DNA of 53,390 nt, counting the filler, from Trypethelium eluteriae (Eukaryota), in NCBI GenBank assembly GCA_051942245.1. It is 2 parts of 2 records of this genome, joined end to end, with 100 filler letters (N's around TTAATTAATTAA, not from the genome) between each part and the next. Parts side by side here need not be neighbours in the genome. Positions count along the whole stretch, not along the records: positions 26,758 to 53,390 come from JAVECL010000347.1; 1 more part is not named here. One strand, given 5' to 3'. The position numbers and the translations under genes were made by a program. This document shows, piece after piece, positions 49,787 to 53,390 of this stretch. Below the pieces are notes generated by a model. That model saw nothing but the letters and a program-made list of their open reading frames with translations. It was not told where the DNA came from and searched no databases. Position 1 is the first letter of the stretch; every line of letters begins with the position of its first letter.

Positions 49787-50848
49787 ATGGCCAAGTCAGT
49801 TGAAGACTATCGGCGAGGGTACCCTCAATACACGCGGTTGCTATCTCTGCACCCAGCGTTCCAAAACTTCCGTCGCTTCACTCGAACTCGAATGAGGTTA
49901 CTATTACTCAAACAGGACGAGATCTCTTCTCTTGAAGAACGTCTTGATCTTACTGATGCCGGGGAGGTCCACGAACTCTTTCTCGGCTGCAGTAGGCTGG
50001 ACTCCAACGCCGAACGACAGCAAACTTTGGATAAACTCAGAGTTGCTCTTGCTGAATATGGTAAGCGAAAACAAGAAAACCAAAAAAAAAGAAAGAAAGA
50101 AAGTAAGAAAGAGGAAATTATTTAGATATGCAGCATGCCATGAATACGTCAGTTAACGGGATCAGACGCTATGCTTGAAGAATACCGGAGAACGCTCAGT
50201 TTTCAGTCAGCAAATGCCCGAGATATTGATAGCCTTCGCAATTGGCTGCTTGGGACGACATGCATCGCACGACAAGAATCGGCATACCTCACCGTTTCGG
50301 AAGATCTACTCAATCTTACTGGATCGACCGACAGTGCTATCACCCTAATAGAGTGCACTGTGGAAAGCTGTCTGGTCTGGGTCCACGAACACGTCATCAA
50401 GGTCCGAACGTTTCTCTTATTCCTTCCAGAGTTTAAGATAGATGACTGATATTGAGAAGCATCTTCCTTTGAAGCTCAACAGCAGGAATCCTGACCTTAC
50501 TTCAGACGAGCATATCTTCGTCTTTGGTCCTCGTCTCCGCCGTGTCAGCCGCATCCTCACTACCTGGCTGGTCGCCTGTCTTCTGTTACTTCCAGTCATT
50601 ATACTCTTCATCATTTCAAGCCCAGTCGGTCGTTTACTGACCGTGGTAGCTTCCGCAGCGGGCTTTTTGTCCGCCGTCTCAGCATTGACGGAGGCCCGCA
50701 CCATCGAAATCTTTGCTGCCGGCGCAAGGTACGTGACCCGGAGACTATCCGACATATTGGAGACTAAGCTATCCAAACTAGTTACACGGCTGTCCTGGTA
50801 GTCTTTATGTCAACTAGCGAAAGCCTACACTCAAGAGGTACCTGCTAG
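49787..50848 (+). CDS. DUF6594-type protein with C-terminal transmembrane helices (281 aa)
   Basis: Exons 49787-50060, 50166-50401, 50460-50728 and 50782-50848 join in frame. Motifs GYPQY...FRRFTRTRMRLLLLKQDEISSLEERLD, ESAYL..EDL, LLLLPVIILF and EIFAAGASYTAVLVVF. Confidence 0.85.
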
Positions 50849-51594
50849 GCACCCACATCCCTTTGAGGCTTTCTGTGGCGCATGAGCGAAGTGCTTAGGC
50901 GAGCGCTCATAGCTGAGCAACGTGCGTAGAATTTAGGGAGCTTTTGAAAAAGGGTTGTACGAGAATTAAACTACTTCTACAAAAGATGCCTAATGATTAT
51001 ACTTGCACCCCTGGAAAGCAATCGGCCCAGGGCTACCTAATTAGGAGTGGAGGCTAAATTGTGGGTCTGTCCTCGCATCCCCTATTCCGAAATCGTAAGA
51101 GGTCAGTGCGTAGGTTAGAAGAAACTACTGTTCCTAAGACGCATCACTTGTGCACTATAGAACACCGCACAGCTAAAAGACCAGTACTTCAACATGCGTC
51201 GTTCCATGCCGGGCTTGCTCCTTTCCTTAGTTATCAAGCCTTTCGGTGTACGGGGAATGTGCGGTCCAAGACTCTGGTCAAGGCTATAACTCCTCCTGGT
51301 CTCTACATGAATGCTCGCATTACCAACACATTCGAGGAACGAAGATTAGGCCATGGCTAAGCGACTTCAATTAGCTCGTGCTGTCAATGCGATCTAACCA
51401 TGAACAGATCTTTCCCAATACTTGTAAGTCATTCAATGGATTTTGGGGCCAATTGCATCCGCACTGAACTGCAGCTTCTATCGATAAGCTAAGGCGAGAA
51501 GTTTGCTTTCCTGTCATTCACAGTTGATCCCATTTCAACTCCCCATTCAGAATGCTTGCGCGCTCTTTTATGTCAAGAACCTGATAGTGCGGAT

Positions 51595-52812
51595 ATGACG
51601 GTGCCTGCTTTACCGTTTCTATTCAAATATGGATCGATTTCAGCGACAATCGTAGTAGGATTGTATGCAGTGCTAATAGGTCTGCTCACAACCTCTAGTT
51701 TTCAAGCTCATGTTATCTACCTGCACAAAATCCAAATAACCTGGTTCAAAGACCTTGATGTCCCTGAGGTTTTTGGCTTTCTGCGAAATCAGGCCACTCC
51801 CTTTTCTATCGATTCGCCTTCAGGAGAGAAGCTTTACGCTTGGCATATCCTTCCTATCGAGCTGTATCGACACAATGAGGCCACCCTTATCAGCGAATCT
51901 TCAGGCTTCGCCTCAGATTTGACTAAAAGGCATGCATTTAAGCTTCTACACGATGATCCTGATGCTCTACTCGTCATACATATGCATGGGGCTGCAGGAA
52001 CTGTTGGCTCTGGATATCGTGTGCCTAGTTATCGTGCTATATCAGCCGGAAAGCCGGACAAAATCCATGTTTTGACCTTCGACTATGGAGGATTCGGCCG
52101 CAGCCGAGGACAACCGACTGAACGTAGCGTGTGCCTCGATGCAATCGCTGTGGTCGAATGGGCACTCAAAGTTGCCAAGGTGCCTCCATCGCGAATTGTC
52201 ATTTTCGGCCAGTCTCTGGGCACTGCAGTCAGTCTCGCAATTGCCGAACACTTTGCGTTGCAGTCTCCTCCGACCTTATTTGCCGGGCACGTTCTGGTTG
52301 CACCATTTGTCGATGTAGCGACCTTGATGGCAACGTACAAAATTGCTAAGACAATACCCCTGCTCAGCCCCGTGGCGAAGATCCCTCCATTATTCAATTA
52401 CCTGAAACAATATATCCACCACCATTGGTCGAGCAAAGACCGGGTTGTGGGCTATATCCATGCCAATGAAGCCAACGGAGAGAAATACCACATTACAATC
52501 ATCCATGCAGAAGACGACTACGACATTCCCTGGACGCATAGCAAAGAACTATACTGGCACGCCGTGAATGCCACGCGGGCGGCTGGCGTAAGCCATCGTG
52601 AATTGGAAGAAGCAATGGATGTGAAAAAGAAGTATCTTGGTCCTGCAGGAAGTGTCTTCGAGTGGAATACAGAGAATGGGGTAATCAGAGAGGAAATCCT
52701 CAAGACCGGCTTACACGACGTCATTATGGGCAACCCTATCGTAACGCTGGCTGTCATGCGGATATTCAGTTCAATCCAGGTCGGAAGCCTCGAGTCCCAG
52801 CTTATCAGGTGA
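51595..52812 (+). CDS. Alpha/beta hydrolase, ABHD12-like lipid hydrolase with N-terminal TM anchor
   Basis: LYAWHILP, HMHGAAG, FDYGGFGRSRGQPTE, GQSLG nucleophile elbow, IIHAEDDYDIP (Asp) and GLHD (His). Single exon. Confidence 0.9.
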   Translation: MTVPALPFLFKYGSISATIVVGLYAVLIGLLTTSSFQAHVIYLHKIQITWFKDLDVPEVFGFLRNQATPFSIDSPSGEKLYAWHILPIELYRHNEATLISESSGFASDLTKRHAFKLLHDDPDALLVIHMHGAAGTVGSGYRVPSYRAISAGKPDKIHVLTFDYGGFGRSRGQPTERSVCLDAIAVVEWALKVAKVPPSRIVIFGQSLGTAVSLAIAEHFALQSPPTLFAGHVLVAPFVDVATLMATYKIAKTIPLLSPVAKIPPLFNYLKQYIHHHWSSKDRVVGYIHANEANGEKYHITIIHAEDDYDIPWTHSKELYWHAVNATRAAGVSHRELEEAMDVKKKYLGPAGSVFEWNTENGVIREEILKTGLHDVIMGNPIVTLAVMRIFSSIQVGSLESQLIR

Positions 52813-53042
52813 AGTGCGCCAAACGAGGCACCGAAGAGGCACGTCACCGGTCGAATCCTGGAATGGTAACGATCAGGACCCCAGTATGCAAGAATCATCT
52901 CCTCGGGCGCTTCGGTATTATTGTGATCGCTCCCATGACCTTCTCTCCGTCCTTCTGAATCGGGGTTGCGACGAATGCTTGAACCGGTGGTCGCCCGCTT
53001 ATATGGTGTGGGTTGTTCAGGAGCATTGTGCCAGACGTCCAC
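52745..53042 (-). pseudogene. Fragment of a conserved fungal membrane-protein gene overlapping the hydrolase 3' end in antisense
   Basis: LFGASFGALHLISWDSRLPTWIEL resembles the recurrent fungal membrane-protein motif FGAIHxxAWxxxFPTxxE. No intact upstream or downstream coding context is visible, and the boundaries are approximate. Confidence 0.45.
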
Positions 53043-53390
53043 ACTCCCTGCGTGCGTCTTCGGCGATTTTGTTAGTTTAGCGATTTGACTTTACAGCTGC
53101 AAGATTCCTCTATGAAGTGCTGGTCGCAGAAGGTTTTTGTGATGCGCGGATGAACGCCACCCCAGTGCATAGAAAGACCGCAAACTGACAAGAGATGATA
53201 AGAGTGAGGTGAACAATACTCACAAAGCATGGCAAAATCTACATCTATGAGCGCTCGAGCACTCTTGCGAATTGACGTCTATAGACTACAATAAAACATT
53301 CAAAACCTAGGCCTTCCGTTGCTCTGGTATCTCAAAACGACCCATTCCGCCCAACAAAGTCCTATCTTGGTCTTCCAACCACCCCTACCC

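Noticed and set aside
50061..50165. Lys/Glu-rich extension KRKQENQKKRKKESKKEE in ORF 49787-50125
   Set aside because: It is an A-rich (GAAA)n tract inside intron 1 (GTAAGC...CAG), not coding.

Overview
Eukaryotic DNA from a filamentous ascomycete (Pezizomycotina), judged from GT-AG introns with CTRAC-type branch points and fungal gene families. About 18 protein-coding loci. From left to right: ER Hsp70 LHS1 (runs off the window) divergent from GPI8; a multi-pass membrane protein; a disrupted NmrA-like/Zn2Cys6 divergent pair; GH27 alpha-galactosidase convergent with a GH12 xyloglucanase; ATG27; a Q/S/G-rich orphan ORF; an EBP-like sterol isomerase; a large low-complexity protein cut by an artificial N/TTAATTAATTAA contig linker; a PTH11-like membrane protein; an MFS permease; an EsdC-related protein; PIS1; and an ABHD12-like hydrolase. 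The most interesting region is 41.7-50.8 kb, with three co-oriented intact genes: (1) a non-RD kinase + Sel1-like + ankyrin protein, (2) a caspase-like protease + helical region + pseudokinase with MLKL-like motif changes, and (3) a DUF6594-type membrane protein. Together they look like a candidate fungal immune or programmed-cell-death module. Several decayed gene relics and recurrent C-rich to G-rich GC islands are also visible. All family calls come from motif recognition by eye; no database search was run.
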